Counted from the whole stretch's first letter, positions 46,780 through 60,413 are shown. The stretch is 63,902 nucleotides of DNA, filler included, from Octopus bimaculoides (GCF_001194135.2; 6 parts of 5 records of this genome joined end to end with filler, not necessarily neighbours in it), one strand, 5' to 3'. Program-made: numbers and translations. Notes: generated from the sequence alone by a model not told the origin.

Positions 46780-47152
46780 TTGTTCGCACTCCGTCGCTTA
46801 CGCCGTCGAGGGTTTCAGTTGATCCGATCAACGGAACAGCCTGCTCGTGAAATTAACGTGCAAGTGGCTGAGCACTCCACAGACACGTGTACCCTTATAG
46901 TAGTTCTCGGGGAGATTCAGCGTGACACAGTGTGACAAGGCTGACCCTTTGAATTACAGGCACAACAGAAACAGGAAGTAAGAGTGAGAGAAAGTTGTGG
47001 TGGAAGAGTACAGCAGTGTTCGCCACCATCCCCTGCCGGAGCCTCAGGTGTTTTCGCTCAATAAACACTCACAGCGCCCGGTCTGGGAATTGAAATCGTG
47101 ATCCTATGACCACGACTCCGCTGCTCTAACCACTGAGTCTTTACGCCTCCAC
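46780..47152 (-). mobile_element. tRNA-derived SINE (distinct family)
   Basis: Head GGAGGCGTAAAGACTCAGTGGTTAGAGCAGCGG...GATTTCAATTCCCAGACCGGG with A/B-box-like motifs; body shares a segment with 54395-54645. Confidence 0.75.
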
Positions 47153-47857
47153 TACGTTTCAAGGACAGCTGCTCTTGAACTGTCCGCAAAAAAACGTGGA
47201 CTTGGCCTCAGTTTTTGCGATGGGGTAGATACTACTACTACTANNNNNNNNNNACTACTACTACTACCACACCACCACTGACATTACCACAGCCACCACC
47301 ACCACCACCATTACCAAGAACGCTTGCAACAACTAGAAAAAAAAACTTTGAAGCTCAAAAGCAATTATTATGAGAATGAAGAAAGAAAAAGAAAAGAATG
47401 AAGGAAAGAGGAAAAGAAAGAAAAAGAAAGAGAGAAAGAATGAAGGTTGGGGATGGGTGGGAGGAACAAACAAGAAACGCCAACGTTTGGAAGTTTGACC
47501 AGAGAGAGATACAAGTTGTCGTGATGTGTCCATCTGTTTCGAAAAGGGATGACAGTGTCATCTGTATGTACGTATGTACGTGTGTAATCTTTAATCTAAA
47601 GCCGGTGGGAAGTGGTGGAGGGCAGGGTGTAGGTGGTGCAGGGGTGGAATGGGACAGGGGTAGTATACAGCGGAGGACGGGCTATGATAGTCGAGCTTTA
47701 CGATAATCGTCACGGGTGAGTGCTTGCAACAAAGGCCTGAGGGTACTTGACTAGTTGACAGGACAAGGTGGGCGAGTGGAAGACGGGAGGTCGATGACAG
47801 CGGCAGAGTGGGATGCAAAGGACTACGACTGCATTCTACTACTACTACTACTACTAC

Positions 47858-48068
47858 AATTCTTTTCTTCTCTAGGCACAAGACCCGAAATTTTGGGGGA
47901 GGGGGCCAGTCGATTGGATCGACCCAGTACGTAACTGGTACTTGATTTATCGACCCCGAAAGGATGAAAGGCAAAGTCGACCTCGGCGGAATTTGAACTC
48001 AGAACGTAAAGACAGACGAAATACCGCTAAGCATTTCGCCCGGCGTGCTAACGCTTCTGCCAGCTCGC
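47858..48068 (-). mobile_element. tRNA-derived SINE with Meta-like domain (octopus OR1-like), low divergence
   Basis: GCGAGCTGGCAGAAGCGTTAGCACG...GAGTTCAAATTCCGCCGAGGTCGACTTTGCCTTTCATCCTTTCGGGGTCGATAAATCAAGTACCAG. Confidence 0.88.
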
Positions 48069-48859
48069 ATAATGTCTTCGGTGCATCTATCTATCTATCT
48101 AGCTAGCTAGCTAGCTATTTTAGTGACAAAAGGACGAAACGTTTGTGACCCTGAGTGGTGGTACTGCTGCTGGTGTTGCTGGCTTTTATAGGGGTTTCTT
48201 GCGTTGGTACTAGTGGGCATGTTGCTGGTTGTGGTGGTGGTAGCATCGGTCCGTTGGGATGGTTGTGGTAGTAGTGGTGGCGGTGGTTGTGGCGGTGGAA
48301 ATGGCCGTGGTATTGGTGGTGTCGGTGGTGGTTGTGATCGTAGGTGACCCCCCCCCCCTGCAATTGGTAGTTTGACCGAGATACAATAATGGATCAAGCT
48401 GAGAACGAGAAAATAAAAAGCCCATTATGGCAGTTTTGGANNNNNNNNNNNNNNNNNNNNNNNNNNNNNNNNNNNNNNNNNNNNNNNNNNNNNNNNNTCT
48501 CCCTCACCTAAACCCTCCCCCACCCCTCCCATACACTCTCATCACAAATTCACAATTATCCTCTGCTTGAGGATTAGCAAGAGACAAGACGAATGACCGT
48601 AACATTTCTTCTGGAAATCAGTTTCTTCTGGGGCCTGTCACATAGGATTTCCAAATCGAATGTAGCGAATAACTTCCAGATGTTCCTGGGGTCAGACAGT
48701 GCTCTCCGGCTGCTGGTAGTAGCAGTAGTAGCAGTAGCAGTAGCAGTAGTAGTAGAGGCAGTAGCGGTGTTGTTGCAGATGTTGATGTTGGTGGTCTCTG
48801 AATGTTCCGGGTAAACTGTTATACAAAATTCTGCTTTAACCTTGTGATTCCCAACCATT

Positions 48860-49222
48860 TCGTTTCATTTTTATCCATGGACGCTTTTGATTGCTGATCT
48901 ATTCTGGCAGACCCCTAAATTAATTTTATAGATTCTTTCAAAATTCCGATTTTACCCGTTCACTTACATAGTTTTGCAACAGCATTCACTGACGGAGCAT
49001 ATTTCAGGGATTCGAAACATGTTGAACTCTGTGAAACTTCGAAGAAAGAAACTTAACTGCTTCTTGCAATAATTACATTTAAATCAAAATATTTTCATGA
49101 ACCCATAACAAACTACTGTCGATCCCTAATTTACAAGTTTGCTTGCGTGCACCCTCCATGCCCCTAATCTTATACGGACCCCCCCTGGGGTCATGTGGAG
49201 CCCGGTTGAGGACCATTGCTCT
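48860..49222. mobile_element. Possible hAT-type non-autonomous DNA transposon end
   Basis: Ends GGTTGAGGACCATTGCTCTTA, resembling Charlie-type termini; partner end not found. Confidence 0.35.
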
Positions 49223-49445
49223 TAAATCGATCAGAGTAGCCAAGAGAATATGAAGACGATAAGCAAACGGTCCTTCATAGTGATTCTATTATCCGGTTCC
49301 ATCAAGGACACAAGACATCGAACGTGTATTCGCAGATAGGTTCGATCGAACAGATGGCCTCACGAATCAACAGGAAACGTTGTATGTGCACGCGCGCGTG
49401 TGTTTTCGTATTATTGTTGTTGTTATTATTATTATTATTATTACT

Positions 49446-49640
49446 AGGCGGTGAGTGAGCTGGCTGAATTGTTAGCAAGGGTGAAATGCTAAGTGGTATT
49501 TCGTTAGTCGCTACGAACTGAGTTCAAATTCCACCAAGGTCGACTTTGCCTTTCATCCTTTCGGGGTGGGTCGATAAATTAAGTACCAGTGAAACATTGT
49601 AATCGACTCATTCCTTCTTCCAAAATGGCTGCCATTACTA
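49446..49640 (+). mobile_element. SINE, same family as 47858-48068
   Basis: GGCGGTGAG...CTGGCTGAATTGTTAGC...GGTCGACTTTGCCTTTCATCCTTTCGGGG, with an (ATT)n tail. Confidence 0.85.
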
Positions 49641-50250
49641 CTATTATTATTATTATTATTATTATTATTGAGTAAGAGAGCAGCGCATGCCNNNNNNNNN
49701 NNNNNNNNNNNNNNNNNNNNNNNNNNNNNNNNNNNNNNNNNNNNNNNNNNNNNNNNNNNNNNNNNNNNNNNNNNNNNNNNNNNNNNNNNNNNNNNNNNNN
49801 NNNNNNNNNNNNNNNNNNNNNNNNNNNNNNNNNNNNNNNNNNNNNNNNNNNNNNNNNNNNNNNNNNNNNNNNNNNNNNNNNNNNNNNNNNNNNNNNNNNN
49901 NNNNNNNNNNNNNNNNNNNNNNNNNNNNNNNNNNNNNNNNNNNNNNNNNNNNNNNNNNNNNNNNNNNNNNNNNNNNNNNNNNNNNNNNNNNNNNNNNNNN
50001 NNNNNNNNNNNNNNNNNNNNNNNNNNNNNNNNNNNNNNNNNNNNNNNNNNNNNNNNNNNNNNNNNNNNNNNNNNNNNNNNNNNNNNNNNNNNNNNNNNNN
50101 NNNNNNNNNNNNNNNNNNNNNNNNNNNNNNNNNNNNNNNNNNNNNNNNNNNNNNNNNNNNNNNNNNNNNNNNNNNNNNNNNNNNNNNNNNNNNNNNNNNN
50201 NATATATAAATAGATAGATAGATAGATAGATGGAGAGAGAGAGAGAGAGA

Positions 50251-50292
<42 letters not shown>

Positions 50293-50590
50293 TATTATTT
50301 AATAGGCATTTGCTATGCAAATTGGCCAGACAATGATACTAAAGATCATGTGTGTGTGTTTAAACATATGCTGCAAGTATGGGCTTGTGTGCATAAACAT
50401 TTACATGCATGTTTATGCAGATTTGCATGTGAGATATCAACATGCATGTGTGGGTGTGAGTGGGTGCGTGTGTGTGCGTGCGTATGAACTATATACGTGT
50501 GTATGTGAGTGTGCATGTATATATTATATAATATGGATATAGAGAAATAGAAAAGTAGATAAGTGTGTGTGTTTATGTGGATGGATGGAT

Positions 50591-50638
<48 letters not shown>

Positions 50639-50691
50639 ATATATATATATCTATCTATCTATCTATATATATATATATATGTTTATGTCTC

Positions 50692-50771
<80 letters not shown>

Positions 50772-51217
50772 TGTGTATTTAAGTGTCACAATAAATGCGG
50801 ATATAATACGTAATTAAGTAATTTTTATATTTTTCCGTTTATCAAATAACCTTGTTACAATCGCAAAACGCAACATCTGGATTTTCGTACACCAAATGCA
50901 TACAAGCTACTTCTCTCTCACACACAAGTATATATACACACATACATACGCAAGGAATATTATATATGTATGTATGTCCTCTCTCTCTCTTTTCTTTCAT
51001 TTAGAATCGATACTGGTTTGTAGCAAGGCTGTGATGGAAAAGGTTTTGTTTTGTTCATCATCCTTTAAATTTTAGGGTCTTACAAATTTTTATAGCCCCA
51101 AATATCATCATCATTTCTAGCATATGAATTAAGGATTTGCGTTCTCTCGCAAAGAACCCGAATTCAGCCATACTTTGTTGCAGGCGGGTTGGTATGTATT
51201 CTGTTGCTCCAATAAAT

Positions 51218-51408
51218 GCACAAGGCCTGAAATTTGCGGTGAGGGGACCAGTCGATCACATCGACCCCAGTGTTTCCCTGGTACTTAATTCATCGACTCC
51301 GAAAGGATGAAAGGCAAAGTCGACCTCGGTGGAATTTGAACTCAGAACGTAAAGACGGACGAAATACAGCTAAGCATTTCGCTTCGGACTCTTCCAGCTC
51401 GCCGCCTT
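51218..51408 (-). mobile_element. SINE, same family as 47858-48068
   Basis: CCGAAAGGATGAAAGGCAAAGTCGACCTCGGTGGAATTTGAACTCAGAACG. Confidence 0.87.
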
Positions 51409-51817
51409 CTGCTGCTCCAATGATAAGAAGTGTAAACCTGAGAGTCTATCTTGGATACTGGATTTGCAAATTCCTTATCGATGGTCCATGTGTGCGTATG
51501 TATATGTGTATGTAAATATTTACGTAAATATATGTGTATGGATTCCTGTTTTACACACACACACACACACANNNNNNNNNNNNNNNNNNNNNNNNNNNNN
51601 NNNNNNNNNNNNNNNNNNNNNNNNNNNNNNNNNNNNNNNNNNNNNNNNNNNNNNNNNNNNNNNNNNNNNNNNNNNNNNNNNNNNNNNNNNNNNTACACAC
51701 ACACACACATAACTGATGAAAGAGCATGTCCATGTCGTGTGTGAATTTGTTCTTTTGTTGTGCTACTGTTCAATTTTGAAACATATACATTCATAGATAC
51801 ATACATACATACACACA

Positions 51818-51859
<42 letters not shown>

Positions 51860-51885
51860 CATATATATATAGGTAGACACACACA

Positions 51886-51924
<39 letters not shown>

Positions 51925-52191
51925 TATACACACGAACAGCCATGTATATATGCGTATACACACACACATATATACGTATACTCACATATATGTATGTATG
52001 TATGCATGTATGTTTGTATATGTGTGTGTGTATGTGTATATGTGTGTGTGTGCGTGTATATCTGTCAATACACACTTATTCATATATTGATACATATATA
52101 CGTGCGTTCCGTGTGTTTCTAAATGTGTGTGTGTGTGTGTGTGTGTTAGTGCTTGCGAGTGTACGACTGCGTGTGCATCCATCAACGCCAT

Positions 52192-52252
<61 letters not shown>

Positions 52253-53477
52253 GCACATATATACAAACACACAAATAGACACACATACAAATACGAACAC
52301 ACGTACCCACATACCCCACCCCTACACTTTTCCCCCTCCCCCACAAGCACCGATTNNNNNNNNNNNNNNNNNNNNNNNNNNNNNNNNNNNNNNNNNNNNN
52401 NNNNNNNNNNNNNNNNNNNNNNNNNNNNNNNNNNNNNNNNNNNNNNNNNNNNNNNNNNNNNNNNNNNNNNNNNNNNNNNNNNNNNNNNNNNNNNNNNNNN
52501 NNNNNNNNNNNNNNNNNNNNNNNNNNNNNNNNNNNNNNNNNNNNNNNNNNNNNNNNNNNNNNNNNNNNNNNNNNNNNNNNNNNNNNNNNNNNNNNNNNNN
52601 NNNNNNNNNNNNNNNNNNNNNNNNNNNNNNNNNNNNNNNNNNNNNNNNNNNNNNNNNNNNNNNNNNNNNNNNNNNNNNNNNNNNNNNNNNNNNNNNNNNN
52701 NNNNNNNNNNNNNNNNNNNNNNNNNNNNNNNNNNNNNNNNNNNNNNNNNNNNNNNNNNNNNNNNNNNNNNNNNNNNNNNNNNNNNNNNNNNNNNNNNNNN
52801 NNNNNNNNNNNNNNNNNNNNNNNNNNNNNNNNNNNNNNNNNNNNNNNNNNNNNNNNNNNNNNNNNNNNNNNNNNNNNNNNNNNNNNNNNNNNNNNNNNNN
52901 NNNNNNNNNNNNNNNNNNNNNNNNNNNNNNNNNNNNNNNNNNNNNNNNNNNNNNNNNNNNNNNNNNNNNNNNNNNNNNNNNNNNNNNNNNNNNNNNNNNN
53001 NNNNNNNNNNNNNNNNNNNNNNNNNNNNNNNNNNNNNNNNNNNNNTTGTCGGACCATACTTCTATGTTGACCAATTAATTCCGCTAACAGCTCACACCGT
53101 TTCTCCAGCTACCACCTCCGCAGCCACCACCACCACCTCCAACAACAACAACACCACCTCCAATGCCGCCACCCCCAACTCCACGCTAACACCTCCACCA
53201 CAACAACAACCACTTTGGCATCGCCAACCAGGTTCATAATGCCATCAACACCACCACTACCACCACCACCACTACAACCTCCACAACCACCACCACTACC
53301 ATCACCATTACCACAATCAGTCATCATCAACATCGCCATCATCATCATGATCATTGTCATCATCGTCATCATCGTCATCATCGTCATCATCATATGTATG
53401 TATGTATATTCATGTCCTTTAAGTCCCAAATAAATTTGCTAAGACTGGTACATGACGCCCTATCTTTATTATTAAAA

Positions 53478-53690
53478 GTCATTTGACTGCGGCCATGCTG
53501 GAGAAGCACCTTCAGTCGAGCAAATCGACCCCAGGACTTATTTTTTGTAAGCCTAGTACTTATTTTATCGGTATCTTTTGCCGAACCGCTAACTTACTGG
53601 GACGTAAACACACCAACATCGGATGTCAAGCGATGGTGGTGGGACAAACACAGACACAAATAATAAACACACACATACATACACACACAC
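53478..53690 (-). mobile_element. SINE tail (same tail as 3730-3910)
   Basis: TTTGACTGCGGCCATGCTGGAG...GTAAACACACCAACATCGGATGTCAAGCGATGGTGG. Confidence 0.85.
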
Positions 53691-53703
53691 ACATATATAT
53701 ATA

Positions 53704-53924
53704 TCTGTCTCTTTTGAATATGAAAATTTAAAAGTTTAAAAACCTTATGATATAAATATAAACTGTGAGAACGACCCTTAAGGAATCTAATTAATGATCT
53801 CCTAAGGTAAGTTCTTATGCTATATTGGTAACGGTTGCTAGATTCCTTAAGGGTCGTTCTCACAGTTTATATTTATATCATAAGGTTTTTAAACTTTTAA
53901 ATTTTCATATTCAAAAGAGACAGA
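53704..53924. repeat. Perfect 86-bp inverted repeat with 49-bp spacer
   Basis: 53704-53789 is the exact reverse complement of 53839-53924. Confidence 0.97.
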
Positions 53925-54120
53925 GACTTCAAATTCGATATATCGATTTATTCACCACTCTATGTTAACATTTCTGTGCCAAACTTATCCAGTGACTGGT
54001 CCATTGGATTTAGACGTTTGGCACTTCTTCAGGAGTAGTTACCTTTCGAACAAAACACGAAAAAACACATATAATAACAAAGACGAAACCTAACGATGTC
54101 CTAAGGACCTAATAACAGTT

Positions 54121-54220
54121 NNNNNNNNNNNNNNNNNNNNNNNNNNNNNNNNNNNNNNNNNNNNTTAATTAATTAANNNNNNNNNNNNNNNNNNNNNNNN
54201 NNNNNNNNNNNNNNNNNNNN
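54121..54220. other. Artificial scaffold spacer N44-TTAATTAATTAA-N44
   Basis: Same 100-bp pattern. Confidence 0.95.
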
Positions 54221-54394
54221 AATTCTATACAAAGATTTTTGTATCTTTTTCATAAACTAGGGGATGGCTACTAACATTAAGCTTGAGGATTATATAATGT
54301 TCAAGTGTAAATAAAGAATTAAAGGAAAAAAGGACTCATTATATTGAATGTTATCGATAGTATCGAGTGGAAATAGGGGGTGCTGCAGTTCTGC

Positions 54395-54645
54395 AGTGCC
54401 TATACACGAGCCGCCACTGCAAACATGCGTAACTTTAACATAATTCTCAAGGAGGTTCAGCGTTAGACCGAATATGACAATGTTGACCCTTTCAATTACA
54501 GGTACAACTCAATTTTGCCAGTTGAGTAGACTGGAGCAACGTAAAATAAAATGTCTTGCTCAAGGATACATGTTGCCATCGGGTATCGAACTCACAACCT
54601 TAAGCCGAATACCCCAAACTCTAAGCCACGCGCCTTCACTACATA
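54395..54645 (-). mobile_element. Decayed tRNA-derived SINE with V-like domain
   Basis: Reverse complement contains GTATCCTTGAGCAAGACATTTTATTTTACGTTGCTCCAGTCTACTC; a related fragment lies at about 58925-59010. Confidence 0.6.
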
Positions 54646-54708
54646 TATAAATATACATAACATCACAGTATTATACACCACCCAACCTACACTGTTTCAC
54701 TATACTAT

Positions 54709-55087
54709 TGTAGTAACGCCGTGCGCATGCGTAGTCTCACGCATGCGTGGAATTAAACTAGCAAGCTTTCCCGCTTAATTCTATCTCTTTCTCGGTCGGC
54801 CGGCCATGAGCATGGACGTGTCAAGCAGTGTCTCCAACACCCAACTCTGGAGACAGTCTCTTTACGTGTACAGCTGTCACTCTCCATCTTTCGGACTTAC
54901 ACTCGACAGCTCGCTCACATCTACATACCCACGTCCCAACAACTATGCTCACACACACAGAAGCTGTAACAACAAGAGCTAAAGATGTATATATTTACCA
55001 CCCGAATAAAGTGTTGTTTAAGTTGATAGTCCGGAGTTCAGCGTTCCGTTATATTCATTAATTTTATATAGGAAAGTCAGGTATACA
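54709..55087 (+). mobile_element. Possible solo LTR
   Basis: Begins TGTA, ends TACA, 379 bp, with AATAAA near 55005 and a CpG-rich 5' part; no target-site duplication seen. Confidence 0.3.
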
Positions 55088-55125
55088 TCTAATGATGTAT
55101 AACCAACTTTCCTATACTATCATAT

Positions 55126-55325
55126 ATTCTTTTCTACTCTAGGCACAAGGCACAAAATTTGGGGAGAGGGGACCGGTCGATTAGATCGATCCCAGTGCAT
55201 AACTGGTACTTAATTTATCGATCCCGAAAGGATGAAAGGCAAAGTCGACCTCGGCGGAATTTGAACTCAGAATATAAAGACAGACGAAATACCGCTAAGC
55301 ATTTCGTCCGGCGTGCCTGCCGCCT
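55126..55325 (-). mobile_element. SINE, same family as 47858-48068
   Basis: CCGAAAGGATGAAAGGCAAAGTCGACCTCGGCGGAATTTGAACTCAG. Confidence 0.87.
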
Positions 55326-56875
55326 TACTATACTATCATATATTATGCTGTCCCACATTATGCTACTGCACTATGCTATACTGCACTACACTATTATATT
55401 ACAACTTAATATTATCATATACTATACTATTCCGTTACACCTCATTACACTGCCATTCGCTACACTGTTCTACTGCACATTTTTACGTTACTCTGTTCCA
55501 CTACTCTACAAAACATTACACTCTTCTACACTACACTATTCTAGTAGATTTTCGGTCCGGTACAGCAACCGCAGGGAGAATAAGTCGCCTCTTCCGTCCG
55601 TAGACTAAGATGGCACCTTGAGCAAATGCTGGCATTGTATCCTGTGCCAGGGATACAATGAAGATACCGGCAGCAGGACGCTGGATAATCGACAAGGCGG
55701 AGGTGTCCTAGACCAACAGTTTGAAGTTTATTGCAGTCAAGCGGAAGATCTGTACCATCATTCATTGGTTGGGAGTCAAATAGTCAGTAAGCTGTTACTG
55801 CAGGGCAGCCTCCACATTGTCCTATTGTTTGGCTTTCTTCAATCGATGAGAAACGTTAAGTCTGTCATCTCTGCTCACTGTAAGTTCAGCCTCGATGGTC
55901 GATTTTATGCTCTTGGAGAGAAGTTCAACGTCTGACCAAGGCAATATTACTATTAACTCTTCCGCAAAGATGAGTCTTTTCTTCGGTTCCACTTGCATCT
56001 CCAAATCTGAGGTATGATACAAAATAGAAAACGTGTTTCCATACCTCCCTGAGGGGCTTTAACACCTTCCCTTAGAAATGTGGTACCGCCAGGTGATGAT
56101 GCCCCTTCCTTGTTGATATTTTCTCTCTGCATGTCTGTCCATCGGTGATCTCTATAACGACCTTATCGTTCTCTTGCTTGTGTCGGCTTTCTCCTTGTAA
56201 CCTAAAACATCCCATCTCAACGTGGTTCAGGATGCCAAAGGTTCCTCCACACTGTTGCTTGTAGATTTTGTGGTTATTTAGGGTTGACCAGAGGTCAGTG
56301 ACAGCACATAGAAGGAGAGACAAGTTTCCCTGTCAGGACTCCAGAGCTCCCTCTAGGTTGCTCAAGTGCCTCATCCCACTGTATCCCCTGTCCATGGCAG
56401 ACCAATCCTACTGTTTTTACACAGTGATCATCCCCTTATTACTCCTTGGACCCTCAACATTATGAGCCCTCTCTTGCCCCTGACATTTAGAATTCCTCCA
56501 CTTCTTAGTGCGGTAGTTTCCAAGTCCTTAGAGCCCTTAACAGACTACATGCTATACACATACGGACACACATTCAGACATACGCACACACATTCACATA
56601 CACGCACATTCACACACATGCACACATGCATTCATGCATACATAGATACTACACGCGTATATTTCATACATATATATATATTATTGTCTGTCGCTCATCT
56701 TTTGGGTTTTTTTAATTAACTTTGTAGTTTAATCTCCCTCCTCCTTTCGCTCTCTTCAATCATTTTCTTTCTTTTTCTGTCTTTCAAGGTTTCCCACTCT
56801 TTTCTATTTACATTCTTCCACTCATCTCGCTTCTCCAAAAGAACACTCACACACACACACATACACACACACACA

Positions 56876-56954
<79 letters not shown>

Positions 56955-58354
56955 ACATATACATTTAAAGACATTTAAGCACGCAGCGCAGTTATACAAA
57001 AACCTACGTCTATACAAAATAGTTTGTCGTTTTATCCTCCATTTATTTTCATTTATGTTATCTTCTCTATTTCTTTTCACTCCACACGCCCATCCCGACT
57101 TAATCCATTTATCTATGACAGTGAAATATTAGACAATAGAATTCCCGATAACCAATCCATCACTCTTTCAACAAGCTTCGGCGCCATGTTGTCAATATAT
57201 CGGAGTATCTTAGACACCAAGTAAATCTGGCTGTTTCATTGACCACTGTCCGAGACATGTCGACTGGAAATTAATTAGAACGGACAAGACCAAAACTAAC
57301 ACTTCACCTCTACTCTAAACACCTTTCACTACCTACTTCAAACTCTTGACGCCTTCGAAGTTGAATTTATTTGTGACTTCACCGACATTTCTCTCACTAC
57401 AATCACCACCACCACCACTGCCACATCATGGCTGAATCGTTTGCTGAAAAGAAAGAATAGAAAAGCATATTAGAAAAATTCGATATTTTCTGAAGACAAT
57501 AGAGCCAATTATTTGGATGAAACTAGCATAGAACTAATATTTCCAAATATTTTCCCCAATACTTCAACTATATCGAACCTTTTTAACCACTTAAATGAGT
57601 TGTTGACAGAAAAATGACAAAATATCTCGCTTGATAAATTTATCGCAAAGCTGCAATTATTCATTCATACGTCTACTATCTATTGGAAAACTGTGAAGTT
57701 GTCCATCTTGCTTTAGACCAATGGCTTCAATCCCATTTTCAATCCACTCAGGAATTCTCAATTACCTACCATTTTCCGACACGCTTTCATTTCTTGTAAC
57801 ACACCTTCTTGCCGATCACATGTGGCACATGAAGTGCTGTAGCACCGTGGTCAAACACATCCGCCTCAAACTTGTGCATTTTGCCTGAAATTTTCCATAT
57901 AATAATTAACTTTTGTACGCGGTGTGTGTGTGTGAGACACAGACAGACAGACAGACAGACAGGCAGGAAGACAGGCAGGCAGGCAGGCAGGCAGACAGAC
58001 ACACAGGGGAGTAGGTGTGTATGTGTGTGTGCACTTGTGTAGAGGGTAGGTGTGTATGTGTTTTTGAGGGCGTTGAACACGGTTGAATTTCAATATAATT
58101 TGATTGTCCGTAAGCTGCAGTATTCATCTTGAGAAATCATCTTGTATAGACGTTGAGATAAATAGCACAGATTATATCGGCAGACGAAACTTCGTCATCA
58201 CCGGTGAATGGGACTGTTGTATCAGGCGATTCCGATGTAATTTTCGCCTCGACAGCAACAAACAACCAATCACTGAATGCCAGATCGAAATCTCATCAAA
58301 CTGATATAGATCAACACTGACTAAACAGCCAATGATGCTACAAAAACAGTGTTG

Positions 58355-58384
58355 ACAATGACGGAAACTGAAAGAAGCCTGTCG

Positions 58385-58415
<31 letters not shown>

Positions 58416-58445
58416 ACGTGTGTGTGTGTGTGTGCGCGCGTGTGA

Positions 58446-58490
<45 letters not shown>

Positions 58491-58820
58491 TGTGTGTCTA
58501 TGTTTGTCCCCTCTCACACTGTCGCTTGACAACCGATGTTGGTGTGTTTACGCCCCCCCCCCCCCCGTAACTTAGCGGTTCGGCAAAAGAGACCGTTAGA
58601 ATAAGTACTAGGCTTACAAAGAATAAGTCCTGGGATCAATTCGTTCGACAAAAAGCGGTGCTCCAGCATGGCCGCAGTCAAATGACGGAAACAAGCAAAA
58701 GAATAAAAGAATATGCACCAAATGTCAATTCCTGAAGTAAAATTCATGATGTAAAATTGTGTAGCAACACCAAATGGCGGTGCCCCAGCATGGCCACAGC
58801 TCATGAGTTGAAACTAGATA
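58355..58820 (+). mobile_element. CORE-type SINE 3' half with tail and partial tail duplication
   Basis: GACGGAAACTGAAAGAAGCCTGTCG, (GT)n/(TA)n, tail ending CCAGCATGGCCGCAGTCAAATGACGGAAACAAG, and a second GGCGGTGCCCCAGCATGGCCACAG near 58776. Confidence 0.8.
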
Positions 58821-59768
58821 AAATGAAAAAAATGAAAAAAAAATATATATATATATAAAAATTATGTATATATATATATATTCCCCCCTGGACTGAATGC
58901 TGGCCTATCGCAAGATTTTGCCATCTAAGTGAACTGGAGCAACGTGAAACGAAACCAAACTCTTACGATCCATGAGTCCAACAAACTAACCACAAAGCCA
59001 TGCGCCTCTACATGTTATTGTGTTAGTGGCTGAATATTCCGCAAACACCACTATTCAGATTTCATACGAGGATAAGGTAGTAAATAATTATCAAAGGTGC
59101 TACGCTATGGAATCGAACCTGGGTCTTCATTTTTGTGCAAGAAAATCCTTAACTGTCTGGACGTACCAATAATGACTACTATACTACATCACAACATGGA
59201 TTTACTACTGCAAAACCATTCGTATACAATACATTCTCACCACACGTCGCTTATATATATTCCCACTGCTACGACCATTACTAATGGTGTAAACAATTTG
59301 CAGCCACCACTAAAATCACTACCACCACCACTATCACCACCACCACCACCACCACCATCACCATCATTACCGCTATCACTACCACCACTACTATCACCGC
59401 CGCCACCACCACCACCATCACCACCATCACAACTGCCAGTTTCTCCGGGGTTTAGTATTATGTAATAAAAGGGGGCGGCGCAAGATGTAAGAGCAGCTCA
59501 CACGCAGAAAGACACTCGCCAGGGGGCAGGTCGAGCAACAAAGAAACATCATCAGATGAATGTAATAACGTCTGGGGGAACCAGTGCAGGGTACAACATG
59601 CTAAAACAACGGTCAGGTCTTCTATTTTTTATTATGGTATCGCAGTTAAAGGGCGAACAATACTGTCTTTGAGTGATGACATTTTTGTATAAGTACAGTA
59701 GAAGGTGAGGGTTAAGATGAAAAGTAGCTGCTGCTGCTGCTGCTGTTGTTGTTGTTGTCGTTGTCGTT

Positions 59769-59966
59769 AAGGCGGCGAGTTGGCAGAATCGTTAGCACGC
59801 CAGGCGAAATACTTAGCGGTATTTCGCCTGTCGCTACGTTCTGAGGTCGACTTTACTTTTCATCCTTTCGGAGTCAATAAATTAAGTACCAGTGAAATAC
59901 TAGAATCGATCTAATCGACTTATCTCTCCTCCTCCAAAATGCCTGCCCTTGTGGAAAAACTGAAAC

Positions 59967-59968
<2 letters not shown>
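59769..59968 (+). mobile_element. SINE, same family as 47858-48068
   Basis: GGCGGCGAGTTGGCAGAATCGTTAGCACGCC...TTTCATCCTTTCGG, with an (ATT)n tail. Confidence 0.87.
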
Positions 59969-60009
<41 letters not shown>

Positions 60010-60019
60010 NNNNNNNNNN

Positions 60020-60205
60020 CATTCTTTGGTTCTTTTACTTGTTTCAGTCGTTAGACTGCGGCCATGCTAGGGCACCGCCTTGAAGGTTTTACTCAAACAA
60101 AATGACCCCAGTACTATCGGCTTCTTTTTGTCTAGTTAAGTTACAAGAACCTAAGCAAAGGAACATCGGTTGTCAAGTAGTTGGGCAACAAGCACAAACA
60201 CACAA
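60020..60205 (-). mobile_element. SINE tail (same tail as 3730-3910)
   Basis: TTTTACTTGTTTCAGTCGTTAGACTGCGGCCATGCTAGGGCACCGCC. Confidence 0.8.
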
Positions 60206-60337
60206 ACACATATATAGAGAGAGAAACAGAGCAGAAGAGATCTAGTGCTGCAGATAAACAAGATTAGGCTTGAAATATATGTAAATATACATTTATACGT
60301 ATATACATACATACATACATACATACATACATACATA

Positions 60338-60373
<36 letters not shown>

Positions 60374-60413
60374 GTGGATGTTACTGTTGCTTTTACTCCT
60401 CCTCCTCCTATAT

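Larger units (their letters stand above)
40050..53400. repeat. Microsatellite and low-complexity-dense block
   Basis: Many (AAT)n, (TAG)n, (CA)n, (TA)n, (GA)n, (ATCT)n and ACC-rich tracts, often abutting N gaps. Confidence 0.9.

Noticed and set aside
48520-48858. 73-aa and 94-aa ORFs on opposite strands
   Set aside because: They are kept open by a (TAG/CAG)n tract, with no homology or splice signals recognised.
40226-53433. Many ORFs rich in YI, CV, HT, ER, poly-T, poly-P or X
   Set aside because: They are translations of microsatellites, ACC-rich tracts and N gaps.
55540-57800. Decayed LINE or host exons (ILNVRG, QGAIL and LVIGNSIV-like words)
   Set aside because: The isolated short words lie in different frames with many stops, so I cannot assign a family or gene.
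47858-59968. tRNA genes
   Set aside because: The A/B-box-like segments are SINE heads joined to SINE bodies; no full cloverleaf was seen.
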